A DNA stretch of 64,000 nucleotides from Gammaproteobacteria bacterium (GTDB lineage Bacteria; Pseudomonadota; Gammaproteobacteria; Thiohalobacterales; Thiohalobacteraceae): positions 1,478-65,477 of the forward strand of contig JAJJPM010000031.1 in assembly GCA_032907525.1 (NCBI GenBank). The letters run 5' to 3'. The stretch's first letter is position 1. Each line of letters starts with the position of its first letter. Position numbers and translations under genes: made by a program. This document shows positions 1 through 8,919 of the stretch, in pieces. The notes under the pieces are model-generated. The model did not search any database, had not been told where the DNA came from, and saw only the letters and a program-made list of their open reading frames with translations.

Positions 1-56
1 CGCTGGGGTGCGGCCGGCGGCGGCTGTCAGCGGGGCCGCTATGCTAAACTGCGCCC

Positions 57-1034
57 ATGACGGCATACCTGCCATTGCTGCAGCTTCTCGCTGACGGGCG
101 TTTCCATTCAGGGGAGGCGCTCGGGAGACGCCTCGGGGTGACCCGTGCCGCAATCTGGAAGCAGCTGAAAGTGCTGGCCGCTCTCGGACTCAAGATCCAG
201 TCTGTGCGGGGCAGAGGCTACCGTCTCGAGCATCCCATAGAATTGCTCGATCCTGACGTGATCCGCGACAGCCTCAGCCCGGCAACGCGCAGCTGCCTAC
301 CGCGTATCGATGTCTTTCCGCAAATCGATTCCACCAACACCTACCTTAAGAAGTGCGCCCTCCTGGATGCGCAGTCGGGTACCGTTTGCCTGGCGGAATG
401 GCAGACGGCGGGCCGTGGGCGCAGGGGGCGGGAATGGATATCGCCTTTCGGCGGCAACCTCTATCTCTCTGTGCTGTGGCGCTTCGCCGGCGGGCCCGGG
501 ACGATCGGCGGGTTCAGCCTGGTCATCGGCGTGGCACTGGCGCGGGCTCTGAGGGGCGTCACGGGTTCGGGCATCGGCCTGAAATGGCCTAACGACCTGT
601 TGTGGCAGGGGCGCAAGCTTGCCGGGGTTCTGGTCGAACTGGCGGGTGAAGCCGGCGGTCCCAGTCACGCCGTGGTGGGTATCGGGGTGAATGTGCGCAT
701 GCCCGACCGGGCTGCGGAAGCGGTCGATCAGCCCTGGGTGGATCTGTTCCGGATGTGCGGCGACACGCCGTCCCGCAACGGGTTGGCGGCGCGCATTCTG
801 GACGAACTGGTGCAGGCCGTCACGACCTTCGAACTGCACGGATTCGCGCCTTTCGTGGACGCCTGGCGCGAGTTCGATGTGATCGCCGGCCGGCCCGTAC
901 AGCTGCACCTGCCCAACGAGATCGTGCGCGGCGAGGCGCGCGGCATCGATGCGAGTGGCGCCTTCGTCGTGCAGGTCGGTGCCGAGCTGCGGCGTTTCGC
1001 ATCGGGCGAGATCAGTCTGCGGATGGCCACATGA
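57..1034 (+). CDS. birA: Bifunctional biotin-[acetyl-CoA-carboxylase] ligase / biotin operon repressor
   Basis: 325-aa ORF. N-terminal winged HTH (GEALGRRLGVTRAAIWKQLKVL) plus biotin-protein ligase core (QTAGRGRRGREW). Its stop overlaps the coaX start (ATGA). Confidence 0.9.
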   Translation: MTAYLPLLQLLADGRFHSGEALGRRLGVTRAAIWKQLKVLAALGLKIQSVRGRGYRLEHPIELLDPDVIRDSLSPATRSCLPRIDVFPQIDSTNTYLKKCALLDAQSGTVCLAEWQTAGRGRRGREWISPFGGNLYLSVLWRFAGGPGTIGGFSLVIGVALARALRGVTGSGIGLKWPNDLLWQGRKLAGVLVELAGEAGGPSHAVVGIGVNVRMPDRAAEAVDQPWVDLFRMCGDTPSRNGLAARILDELVQAVTTFELHGFAPFVDAWREFDVIAGRPVQLHLPNEIVRGEARGIDASGAFVVQVGAELRRFASGEISLRMAT

Positions 1035-1846
1035 TTCTGCTGCTGGATGCCGGGAATTCCCGGCTCAAATGGGCCGTTATGCGTAATGGCCATTACGAAT
1101 ACGGCGGGGTGCTGGAACACGGTACCGTCGCGATCAAGGAACTGGCCAGCGCGGCCTGGAGTCCCCTCGACCCTCCCGAGGCAGTGCTGGTCGCCAATGT
1201 CGCCGGCGAGGCCCTGCGGCGCGCGCTGAACTCCTGGGTCAAGCGCCATTGGAAACTGACGCCGGAATATCTCTCGGCGACCCGGGAGGAATTCGGTATC
1301 CGCAACGCTTACAGCGACCCCGTCCGACTGGGCATCGACCGGTGGCTTGCCCTGCTGGCTGCGCGGGAGCTCCTCAAGGGGCCGCTCTGCATCGTCGATT
1401 GTGGCACCGCCCTGACCATCGACGTGCTGTCGCAGGACGATCGTCATCTGGGCGGTCTGATCATTCCAGGCATTCAACTGATGCGGGACTCGCTGGCGGC
1501 CCGCGCACCGGCGATCCGGGACCAGATCGATCAGGCGACCCCCGATCAGGTGTCCCTCCTGGGCACGGATACAGGGAGTGCGGTCGCCGGCGGCACCGTC
1601 TATGCGGTGGTCGCAGTGATCGATCGCGTGTTGTCCGATCTGCGGTCGGACATCGGGAGGCATCTGCGCTGCATCCTTACCGGCGGCGATGCGCCGCTGC
1701 TGTTGCCGTTGCTGGGAAGCCGCGTGCAGCATGAATCCGATCTCGTGCTGCAGGGCCTGGCGCGTGTGGCGCGGGCGCGACTTGTCACGCCATCGGCGCA
1801 GCCGAGTGCGGCTGCTCCTTCCGCCGAGGTCGCGCCGCAGTCATGA
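1031..1846 (+). CDS. coaX: Type III pantothenate kinase
   Basis: In-frame ATG inside the 755..1846 ORF. The N-terminus MILLLDAGNSRLKWAV is typical of CoaX/Baf. birA-coaX is a conserved gene pair. Confidence 0.88.
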   Translation: MILLLDAGNSRLKWAVMRNGHYEYGGVLEHGTVAIKELASAAWSPLDPPEAVLVANVAGEALRRALNSWVKRHWKLTPEYLSATREEFGIRNAYSDPVRLGIDRWLALLAARELLKGPLCIVDCGTALTIDVLSQDDRHLGGLIIPGIQLMRDSLAARAPAIRDQIDQATPDQVSLLGTDTGSAVAGGTVYAVVAVIDRVLSDLRSDIGRHLRCILTGGDAPLLLPLLGSRVQHESDLVLQGLARVARARLVTPSAQPSAAAPSAEVAPQS

Positions 1847-2691
1847 GATACGCCGTCTATCTTTTGCTGGTGGCCAATCTGGCGTTCTTCGCCTGGTTGT
1901 ACCGGACGCATGAACAGTACGTGCCACCCGATGGCCCCGTGGTCACGGCGCTGCCGGCGACGGTCGAGTCGCTCCGATTGCTGCGTGAGCGCGGTGTGGA
2001 CACCGTTGTGGCGCATGGGGGTGACCGTTTACCGCCGGCCCCGGAGGATTCACCGTCGCCGCCGGCACCTACCGGCGAGGTGGCGACGCTCGATGCCGGG
2101 CCGGAGGGCCCGCTGCCGGAATCGGCCGAAGCACCCGGCGAAGCGGTGTCCAGTACCGATCAGGAGGGTACGGATGTCGCAGCCGGGAACGGGCGTGCCC
2201 TGGCGGAAGCATTGCCGCCGCAACCTGCGGCAGCGCCGGTGCGTATCTGCCAGACGATCGGCCCCTTCCTCGCACGCCGGGATGCCGAGCGCCTGGTGGG
2301 ACAGCTGGCGGAGGCCGGCCCGCAAGCCGTGATCCGGGTCTCACAGATGCAACAGCCCAACGGTTACTGGGTCTATCTGCCCGAGATGGAGCGCAACGCC
2401 GCGCGCCGGACGGTGAGGGAGCTGCAGGCCAGGGGGGTCGAGGATTACTATCTCGGCCGCCAGAACGTGATTTCGCTGGGTTTGTTCTCCGACAGGCGCA
2501 CCGCCGAAGCGCGGATGCGCGAAATCGCCGCGATGGGGTACGAGCCCAAGGTCGAAGAGCGCTTCAAGAGCCGTGACATGTATTGGGTGGATCTCGAAGA
2601 ACAGGAACCGGACCGCCTGAGTGACGAGCGCTGGCAGGTCCTGCTCGGGCCGCTGGCGGATATCCGTCGCCAGTCCGTGAGCTGCGAATAG
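1843..2691 (+). CDS. SPOR-like (peptidoglycan-binding) domain protein with N-terminal TM helix and Pro/Ala-rich linker
   Basis: 282-aa ORF whose start overlaps the coaX stop (ATGA). TM segment VYLLLVANLAFFAWL. The C-terminal fold-like segment GYWVYLPEMERNAARRTVRELQARGVEDYYL resembles SPOR repeats. Confidence 0.7.
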   Translation: MRYAVYLLLVANLAFFAWLYRTHEQYVPPDGPVVTALPATVESLRLLRERGVDTVVAHGGDRLPPAPEDSPSPPAPTGEVATLDAGPEGPLPESAEAPGEAVSSTDQEGTDVAAGNGRALAEALPPQPAAAPVRICQTIGPFLARRDAERLVGQLAEAGPQAVIRVSQMQQPNGYWVYLPEMERNAARRTVRELQARGVEDYYLGRQNVISLGLFSDRRTAEARMREIAAMGYEPKVEERFKSRDMYWVDLEEQEPDRLSDERWQVLLGPLADIRRQSVSCE

Positions 2692-2743
2692 TTTGCGAGG
2701 TCCGGCGGGATTGCCTAGAATCCTCCCGCCAAATCAATTCATT

Positions 2744-2819
2744 GCTGGCGTAGCTCAGTCGGTAGAGCGTCTGATTTGTAATCAGAGGGTCACGGGTTCG
2801 ATTCCTGTCGCCAGCACCA
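2744..2819 (+). tRNA. tRNA-Thr (anticodon TGT)
   Basis: 76-nt cloverleaf: acceptor GCTGGCG/CGCCAGC, D arm GCTC..GAGC, anticodon stem TCTGA/TCAGA with loop TTTGTAA, T arm ACGGG-TTCGATT-CCTGT, encoded CCA end. Confidence 0.93.
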
Positions 2820-3005
2820 TTCTTTAGTTGCTCCGTTGTCGATATTTCTGACAACGTCTTGTCTGCCTCACATGCGTCAACTGGTTGTGTCGTATTGACT
2901 TTTCTCTTGTCGCCCCCAAATGCGCTGTCGCAACCCTTAACAGAATTGAGGATATGGTATTTTTCGCCACCCTTATTTTTCATATATAACAAATAGTTGA
3001 TCTAT

Positions 3006-3021
3006 TGGCCGGAGTCTTGCA
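3006..3021 (+). promoter_or_regulatory. Candidate sigma-54 (-24/-12) promoter for the PEP-CTERM gene
   Basis: TGGCCGGAGTCTTGCA matches TGGCAC-N5-TTGCW with correct GG/GC spacing. It lies 58 nt upstream of the ATG at 3079. An AT-rich tract with an IHF-like ATCAANNNNTTG (minus strand, 2990..3002) is immediately upstream. Confidence 0.4.
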
Positions 3022-3078
3022 TCTGGAATTAGTCAAAGCGTTTCCTAAGACGCTGCAGTCACAAAATGGAGGAGTGCT

Positions 3079-3957
3079 ATGACCCGGAAGGCCCTTGGAG
3101 TCACCCTTGCTATGGCGATGGGTGTGGCAGCGCCAGGCGCTGCGTTCGCGGTCTCGTATGCCGTGTCGATCAATGAGATCACCAATTTCAACATGTGGGT
3201 GACAGGCGGCACGATCAGTCCGTTCAGCTTCACGTTCTCCAATGATTCCGCCGCTCTCGGCGGTACCGGGGCCAGCAACGTCGATGCACAGGATGCGGCG
3301 GCCGCATGCGTCGGCACCGCCTGCGCCGGCTGGCAGAATCAGTTCACGAGCCATTCCGGCGTTGCCTCGGAGTTTTCCTACGGCGATGCGCAGATCGTCT
3401 CGTTGCCGACGTTGTCGGGAGGGCTGGGCGCGGCCTCGGCGATCGGTGAGTCGCATACCACGAACAACACGGGGTTCGGGTCGGGCGGCAATACGCTGAT
3501 CGCTTCGTTTAGCGTCGACTCGCTCAATGCCGGCGTTCAGCTGCATTTCGACTTCGATGCATCGCTGCTGATGCAGACCGTCATGGGTATCGGTGATTCC
3601 GGCGTCGCCGCGAATACGTTCATGCAGATCACGCTCAGCGGTTCTTCGGGCAGCTACCAGTTTCTGTGGGCGCCGAACGGCGCGACAGGCGGGATCGTCG
3701 GCGGGACCGAGCACAGCGACCCGTTCAGCCTGAATCGGGGCATCTCGGGAACGGACAGTGTCTCGGCGACGACGCTGACCCCGGGGTTTCTGGGCTTCCA
3801 TGCGGTGACCGACGGGCTTGTCGCCGGCAATTACACCCTGAACATCAACATGACCCAGACGGCCAATGTCACCGCCGTCCCCGTTCCCGGCGCCGCCTGG
3901 CTGCTGGGCTCCGGGGTGCTCGGCCTGGCCGGTGCCGCCAGGCGGCGTGCGGCATAG
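3079..3957 (+). CDS. Secreted PEP-CTERM sorting-domain protein
   Basis: Signal peptide [25 protein letters not shown]-terminus [26 protein letters not shown] shows the VPxP motif, a TM helix and an Arg cluster. GGAGG RBS upstream. Confidence 0.85.
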   Translation: MTRKALGVTLAMAMGVAAPGAAFAVSYAVSINEITNFNMWVTGGTISPFSFTFSNDSAALGGTGASNVDAQDAAAACVGTACAGWQNQFTSHSGVASEFSYGDAQIVSLPTLSGGLGAASAIGESHTTNNTGFGSGGNTLIASFSVDSLNAGVQLHFDFDASLLMQTVMGIGDSGVAANTFMQITLSGSSGSYQFLWAPNGATGGIVGGTEHSDPFSLNRGISGTDSVSATTLTPGFLGFHAVTDGLVAGNYTLNINMTQTANVTAVPVPGAAWLLGSGVLGLAGAARRRAA

Positions 3958-3984
3958 GCATATTTATCTTCAGGCGCACTCGTG

Positions 3985-4015
3985 AAAACGGCGGCTTCGG
4001 CCGCCGTTTTTCGTT
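3985..4015 (+). terminator. Rho-independent terminator
   Basis: AAAACGGCGGC-TTCG-GCCGCCGTTTT perfect stem followed by a T run, 28 nt after the stop of the PEP-CTERM gene. Confidence 0.85.
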
Positions 4016-4048
4016 GTGTCGCGACGAGGGCTTGCTTTGTGTCTGGGG

Positions 4049-4064
4049 CTGTATATACTTCCAG
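4049..4064 (+). promoter_or_regulatory. LexA operator (SOS box) 1 upstream of lexA
   Basis: CTGTATATACTTCCAG fits the gammaproteobacterial CTG-N10-CAG / CTGT-N8-ACAG consensus with one mismatch. Confidence 0.75.
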
Positions 4065-4067
4065 GTA

Positions 4068-4083
4068 CTGTATGAATCGCCAG
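4068..4083 (+). promoter_or_regulatory. LexA operator (SOS box) 2 upstream of lexA
   Basis: CTGTATGAATCGCCAG lies 3 nt after box 1 and 11 nt before the lexA ATG. Tandem boxes as seen for E. coli lexA. Confidence 0.7.
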
Positions 4084-4094
4084 GTGATACCGGT

Positions 4095-4697
4095 ATGTCC
4101 GAGCTGACTCCGCGCCAGACAGAGATCCTGGATCTGATCCGCGAATCCATCGCCGAGCGCGGCTCGCCCCCGACCCGCGCCGAGATCGCCGCGGCTTTCG
4201 GCTTCCGTTCGCCCAATGCTGCCGAGGAGCATCTCAAGGCGCTGGCGCGCAAGGGGGCCATTGAACTGCTGCCAGGATCCTCGCGCGGCATCCGGCTGCT
4301 GGAGGAACCCGGCCTGCCGGTGGTCGGTCGGGTTGCGGCCGGTTCGCCCATCCTGGCTGAACAGCATATCGAACAGCATTACGAAGTCGACCCGTGGGTG
4401 TTCCAGCCACGGGCGCATTATCTGCTGCGGGTGCGCGGCATGAGCATGCGCGATGCCGGTATTCTTGACGGCGATCTGCTCGCCGTGCACCGCACGAGCG
4501 AGGCGCGCAATGGTCAGGTGGTGGTGGCGCGTGTCGAGGACGAGGTCACCGTGAAGCGCTTCCAGCAGCGGGGCAGTCAGGTGCAGCTGTTGCCGGAAAA
4601 CCCCGATTTCGAACCCATCCACGTCGATCTGCGTCGCCAATCCCTGGTTATCGAGGGATTGGGCGTCGGTATCCTCCGAACCGGACAATCGCTATGA
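4095..4697 (+). CDS. lexA: LexA repressor
   Basis: In-frame ATG inside the 3666..4697 [22 protein letters not shown] wHTH, AAG cleavage site (VAAGSP), and the S24 peptidase Ser/Lys motifs (GMSM ... VKRF). Confidence 0.93.
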   Translation: MSELTPRQTEILDLIRESIAERGSPPTRAEIAAAFGFRSPNAAEEHLKALARKGAIELLPGSSRGIRLLEEPGLPVVGRVAAGSPILAEQHIEQHYEVDPWVFQPRAHYLLRVRGMSMRDAGILDGDLLAVHRTSEARNGQVVVARVEDEVTVKRFQQRGSQVQLLPENPDFEPIHVDLRRQSLVIEGLGVGILRTGQSL

Positions 4698-5338
4698 ATC
4701 TCGATTATCTGCTGCAGCGCGCCGACATCTGGCGTGGCGGTGAGCAATCCACACGCATGCCCGCTGTTCCCACGGGTTTCGCGGAGCTGGATGCGGTGTT
4801 CCCCGGCGGGGGCTGGCCACAAGGTGCACTGACCGAACTGCTGGTGCCGCGCGAGGGCATCGGCGCCCTGCAGTTGTTGTTACCGGCGCTCGCACGTCTG
4901 AGCCAGCAACAGCGCTGGATTGCCTGGGTGGCGCCCCCCTACATCCCCTATGCCCCGGCATTGGCGGCGGCGGGGGTGGACCTGTCGCGCATGCTGCTCA
5001 TCCATCCCCGGGCTGGCAGCGACGGCCTCTGGGCCATAGAACAGAGCCTGCGCTCCGGCACCTGCGGTGCCGTACTGGCCTGGCCCGTCGTCGGAGACGG
5101 CAAGGTCCTGCGCCGGCTGCAGCTGGCTGCCGAGGCGGGTCAGTCGCTGGGTATCCTGTTCAGGCCGGAGCAGGTTGCCGAACGGCCTTCGCCGGCGGCA
5201 CTGCGGGTGCAGGTCTCACGTCGCCACGATGGCGTGGCGGTGCAGGTGCTCAAGCGCCGGGGTGGCTGGGCAGCCGGCCCTGTGCAGCTGTCATTGGATC
5301 AGCTGCTGCGTCAGACGCCGGAGCCCTGCCTTTCCTGA
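4694..5338 (+). CDS. imuA: Translesion-synthesis accessory protein ImuA (SulA/RecA-like)
   Basis: 214 aa with the motif [24 protein letters not shown] typical of ImuA. Its start overlaps the lexA stop (ATGA). Followed by imuB. Confidence 0.85.
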   Translation: MNLDYLLQRADIWRGGEQSTRMPAVPTGFAELDAVFPGGGWPQGALTELLVPREGIGALQLLLPALARLSQQQRWIAWVAPPYIPYAPALAAAGVDLSRMLLIHPRAGSDGLWAIEQSLRSGTCGAVLAWPVVGDGKVLRRLQLAAEAGQSLGILFRPEQVAERPSPAALRVQVSRRHDGVAVQVLKRRGGWAAGPVQLSLDQLLRQTPEPCLS

Positions 5339-5441
5339 AGCGGCCCGGCAACGGGTGCTCGCAGATGCGGGGGGCAGCATACGGAGAAACCCCTTCGCAC
5401 GATCTGTGGATCCGTCCAGGGGGCCGTAAGAGTTTCCCAGC

Positions 5442-7010
5442 ATGTTGTTCCGCAAGCCGGTAGGCAGGTTATCTTCCGCGGGGGTTCCATTACGCCTGAT
5501 CGACCGCGGCACGCCCGATGTGAAGCGCGTCGATTCCGGCGCGGATACCGGCGCGCGCCTGTGGTTATGCGTATATCTGCCGCAGTTGCCATTGGACGTC
5601 TATGTCCGTGCACAGCCCGACCCCGGGACATTGGCCATACATGACGGTCATGCGCGCACGCCCTGTGTGATTGCGGCGACAGCCATGGCGCGGGCGGCCG
5701 GCGTGCAGGCAGGCATGCACCTGGAGGCGGCGCATGCTCTATGCGCCGGGCTGCGGGCGCTGGCGCGTGATGCCGTGGCCGAGCAGCGGTTGCTGCACAA
5801 TTTCGCCGCCTGGTGCGGCCGGTTCTCCCCCCTGATCACCCTGGTGCCACCGGATACCGTTCTGGTGGAGGTGCGCGGCAGCCTGCGTCTGTTCGGGGGC
5901 ATCGAGCCCCTGTGGCAGGCCGTGCAGAAGGGTGTACGGCGCCTGGGCTTCACGGCGCAATTGGCACTGGCGCCGTCACCGTTGGCCGCGACCTGGCTGG
6001 CGCGCGCCGGCGTAGCGGCGAAGGTCTTTGGGCAGGGCGGACTTGTGCGGCAGCTGTCGCAGTTGCCGCTGGACGTGTTGAGACTGGATGGGCGCGATCA
6101 TGCTTCTCTGCGAGGCATGGGGCTGCGCCGTCTGGGGGATGTTCTGCGCCTTCCGCGTGCGGGTCTTGCACGACGCCTCGGTCCGCAGCTGCTGAACAGC
6201 CTGGATCAGGCCTTGGGGCGCATTCCCGACCCGCGGCCTTCCTTCGTGGCGCCGCCGCGCTTTGTCAGCGAACTTCTGCTGCCTGACGATGTGGATGTCA
6301 TGGAAAGGCTGCTCTTCGGTGTGCAGCGCCTGGTGCAGGAGCTGGCCGATTGGCTGGAGGCACGCGTCGTCGGCGTGACGGCGTTGCAAGTGTTGCTGCA
6401 GCACCGCAGGGGGCGTGACAGCGTCGTCCGCGTGAGCTGTGTCGAGCCGACCCGGGATGCGCGGCACATCTTCGCCCTCTTGGCGGCACGCTTGGAGCGG
6501 CTACGGCTGCCGGCCCCGGTGCAGGCTTTGCGGCTGATGGTGCTGGACAGTCGCCCGCTAGCCGGTCGATCCACCGATCTCTTCGAGGGTGCGCATGCGC
6601 CCCGCCAGCGTCTGGATCAGGCGCACGCCGTTCTGCTGGAGCAGCTGCGTGCGCGCCTGGGTGACAAGGCGGTGCGCGGCCTGTGCATGCGTGATGATCA
6701 TCGGCCGGAATGCGCCTGGCGCTGGTGTGAGCCGGGAATGGTGGATGCCGTTCCCGAACAGGTCCCGATGCAGCGTCCGCTCTGGCTGCTGCAGGAGCCC
6801 GTGTCCCTGCGCATGCGCGACGGGCGTCCCTGGCTGGTGGGTGAGCTGCGGCTGCTGTCTGCGCGCGAACGCATCGAGGGCGGCTGGTGGGATGGTGCCG
6901 ATGTGGCGCGTGATTATTTCATTGCCGAAGATCGGCATGGTGCCCGCTATTGGATCTTCCGCGAACTGCATACGAACGAGGGGTGGTTCCTGCAGGGGAT
7001 ATTCGCGTGA
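5442..7010 (+). CDS. imuB: Y-family DNA polymerase-like protein ImuB
   Basis: The N-terminal segment LWLCVYLPQLPLDV and the overall Y-family layout fit ImuB, as does its position after imuA. The true start may be the in-frame GTG at 5520. Confidence 0.85.
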   Translation: MLFRKPVGRLSSAGVPLRLIDRGTPDVKRVDSGADTGARLWLCVYLPQLPLDVYVRAQPDPGTLAIHDGHARTPCVIAATAMARAAGVQAGMHLEAAHALCAGLRALARDAVAEQRLLHNFAAWCGRFSPLITLVPPDTVLVEVRGSLRLFGGIEPLWQAVQKGVRRLGFTAQLALAPSPLAATWLARAGVAAKVFGQGGLVRQLSQLPLDVLRLDGRDHASLRGMGLRRLGDVLRLPRAGLARRLGPQLLNSLDQALGRIPDPRPSFVAPPRFVSELLLPDDVDVMERLLFGVQRLVQELADWLEARVVGVTALQVLLQHRRGRDSVVRVSCVEPTRDARHIFALLAARLERLRLPAPVQALRLMVLDSRPLAGRSTDLFEGAHAPRQRLDQAHAVLLEQLRARLGDKAVRGLCMRDDHRPECAWRWCEPGMVDAVPEQVPMQRPLWLLQEPVSLRMRDGRPWLVGELRLLSARERIEGGWWDGADVARDYFIAEDRHGARYWIFRELHTNEGWFLQGIFA

Positions 7011-7016
7011 TGGAGA

Positions 7017-8465
7017 CTAGCGGCCCTTGAAGATGGCGCCGAGCATGCCGCGCAGGATTTGTCGACCCAATGAACTGCCGATGGAGCGCGCGACGCTCTT
7101 GGTAAACGCTTCACCAACGCTCTGGCGGTTGCTGGCTCGGCCGTTTCTGGCCGGGAGGTCGGCTTCCGCCTTCGCAACGGTCTGTTGGGTGCGCCGCTCC
7201 AGCAGCTCATGGGCGGAGTCGCGGTCGACGGGGTGATCGTATTTGCCGACGAGTGGGCTGCGGCCGATCACCTGTTTGCGCTCCTCCGGGGTTGCCGGGC
7301 CGATGCGCGAGGTCGGAGGGCAGATCAGCGCACGCTGCACGATACCCGGGGTGCCCTTGGCGTCCAGCAGCGATACCAGGGCTTCACCGATGCCCAGTTC
7401 GGTGATGGCCCGCTCCGTATCGAGCGCCGCGTTGGTTCTAAGTGTCTGGGCGGCGGCGCGCACGGCCTTCTGATCGCGCGGCGTGAACGCGCGCAGGGCA
7501 TGCTGCACCCGGTTACCCAGCTGGCCGAGGATGGTGTCGGGGATATCCAGTGGGTTCTGGGTGACGAAATATACACCGACACCCTTGGAGCGGATCAGCC
7601 GGACCACCTGCTCGACCTGTTGTACGAGCGCCTTTGGTGCGTCGTCGAAGAGCAGATGCGCTTCATCGAAGAAGAACACCAGCTTTGGTTTTGCCTGGTC
7701 TCCGACCTCGGGCAGCTCCTCGAACAGTTCAGCCAGCAGCCATAGCAGGAATGTGGCATAGGCCTTGGGCGTCTGCATGAGCTGGTCCGCCGCGAGGATG
7801 CTGATGACGCCGTTGCCGGAAAAATCCGTATGCATCAGATCGGCCAGTGCCAGCGCCGGCTCCCCGAAGAAGCGCTCGGTACCCTGCTGCTCCAGCGCCA
7901 GCAGCCCGCGCTGGATCGCGCCCACCGAGGCGCTGCTGATGTTGCCGTAGGTGTTCTTCAGCTCCCTGGCGTTGTCGCCTATGTAGGTGAGCAGCGTGCG
8001 CAGATCCTTCAGATCGAGCAGCAGCAGGCCCTGGTCGTCGGCCAGCTTGAAGGCGATGGTCAGCACCGCCTCCTGCGTATCGTTGAGATCGAGCAGTCGG
8101 GCCAGCAGCAGCGGACCCATGTCCGAAATAGTCGTGCGGATGGGATGCCCCTGTTCTCCGAACAGGTCCCAGAACAGCACGGGGTAGGCGCGCGGCGCGA
8201 AGTTTTCCAACCCCACGCGTCGGGCACGCTCCAGCAGCTTGGGCTTGGCTTCACCCGTCTGGCTGATGCCGGACAGATCACCCTTCACGTCAGCCATGAA
8301 CACCGGTACGCCGCAGCGCGAAAAGCCTTCGGCCAGTACCTGCAGGGTCACGGTCTTGCCGGTGCCGGTGGCGCCTGCGATCAGGCCGTGGCGGTTTGCC
8401 ATGGTCATCGGCAGGTGCAACGGGGAGTCACCGTAGCCGACCAGGATGTGCTCGGAGGTTTCCAT
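7017..8465 (-). CDS. yjgR: HerA-like P-loop ATPase, DUF853/YjgR family
   Basis: 482 aa. The N-terminus [49 protein letters not shown] closely resembles E. coli YjgR, including Walker A GATGTGKT. Convergent with imuB, with stop codons 6 nt apart. Confidence 0.85.
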   Translation of the reverse strand: METSEHILVGYGDSPLHLPMTMANRHGLIAGATGTGKTVTLQVLAEGFSRCGVPVFMADVKGDLSGISQTGEAKPKLLERARRVGLENFAPRAYPVLFWDLFGEQGHPIRTTISDMGPLLLARLLDLNDTQEAVLTIAFKLADDQGLLLLDLKDLRTLLTYIGDNARELKNTYGNISSASVGAIQRGLLALEQQGTERFFGEPALALADLMHTDFSGNGVISILAADQLMQTPKAYATFLLWLLAELFEELPEVGDQAKPKLVFFFDEAHLLFDDAPKALVQQVEQVVRLIRSKGVGVYFVTQNPLDIPDTILGQLGNRVQHALRAFTPRDQKAVRAAAQTLRTNAALDTERAITELGIGEALVSLLDAKGTPGIVQRALICPPTSRIGPATPEERKQVIGRSPLVGKYDHPVDRDSAHELLERRTQQTVAKAEADLPARNGRASNRQSVGEAFTKSVARSIGSSLGRQILRGMLGAIFKGR

Positions 8466-8585
8466 GTCGTGGGGCTTCCTCGGTGTTGTGTCGGTCCGTG
8501 ATGGGGAATGCGCCTGGCGCCCTCCGCAGTCTAATCAGTTTGATTGCCGGCGACCAACCCGTGTCTCCTGGCAGGGGGGAGCGTA

Positions 8586-8754
8586 CTAGCAGCCTGTCGG
8601 ACTTAGGACTGATCTACTGCGCCGGTGGGAGAACGGTCCATTTTTCCGATCCTTCTCGTCAAATAGCTACGGCTATTTTCCTCAAACGATCGAAAAACTG
8701 GCCTCGCTCTCCCACCGTGCTCGCTACGATCGCCTAAGTCCGACAGGCTGCTAG
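8586..8754. repeat. 169-bp MITE-like element with perfect 22-bp terminal inverted repeats
   Basis: CTAGCAGCCTGTCGGACTTAGG (8586..8607) is the exact reverse complement of 8733..8754. Internal arms also pair (GGTGGGAGA/TCTCCCACC, CCATTTTTCCGATC/GATCGAAAAACTGG). The core is lower in GC and carries no ORF. Confidence 0.75.
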
Positions 8755-8919
8755 GTAACTCACAAAGTGTGATGCAGGTCTCCAATCGGGTGACCGTGCG
8801 CGGCACTTTTGTACGTCCCGTGACGCAGGTCGCTAAGTTTGCCGGCTCCCGGTCGACAGATCCGACACACGAGCAGAACTGTACGATGCGGCCCGGCCGC
8901 GTCCAAGAGGCCAGCGACA

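Noticed and set aside
2906-2921. Possible att-like direct repeat of the tRNA-Thr 3' end (CTTGTCGCCCCCAAAT versus CCTGTCGCCAGCACCA), which would suggest an integrated element.
   Set aside because: Only about 11 of 16 positions match, the repeat lies just 90 bp from the tRNA, and no integrase or island cargo follows. There is not enough evidence for an integration scar.
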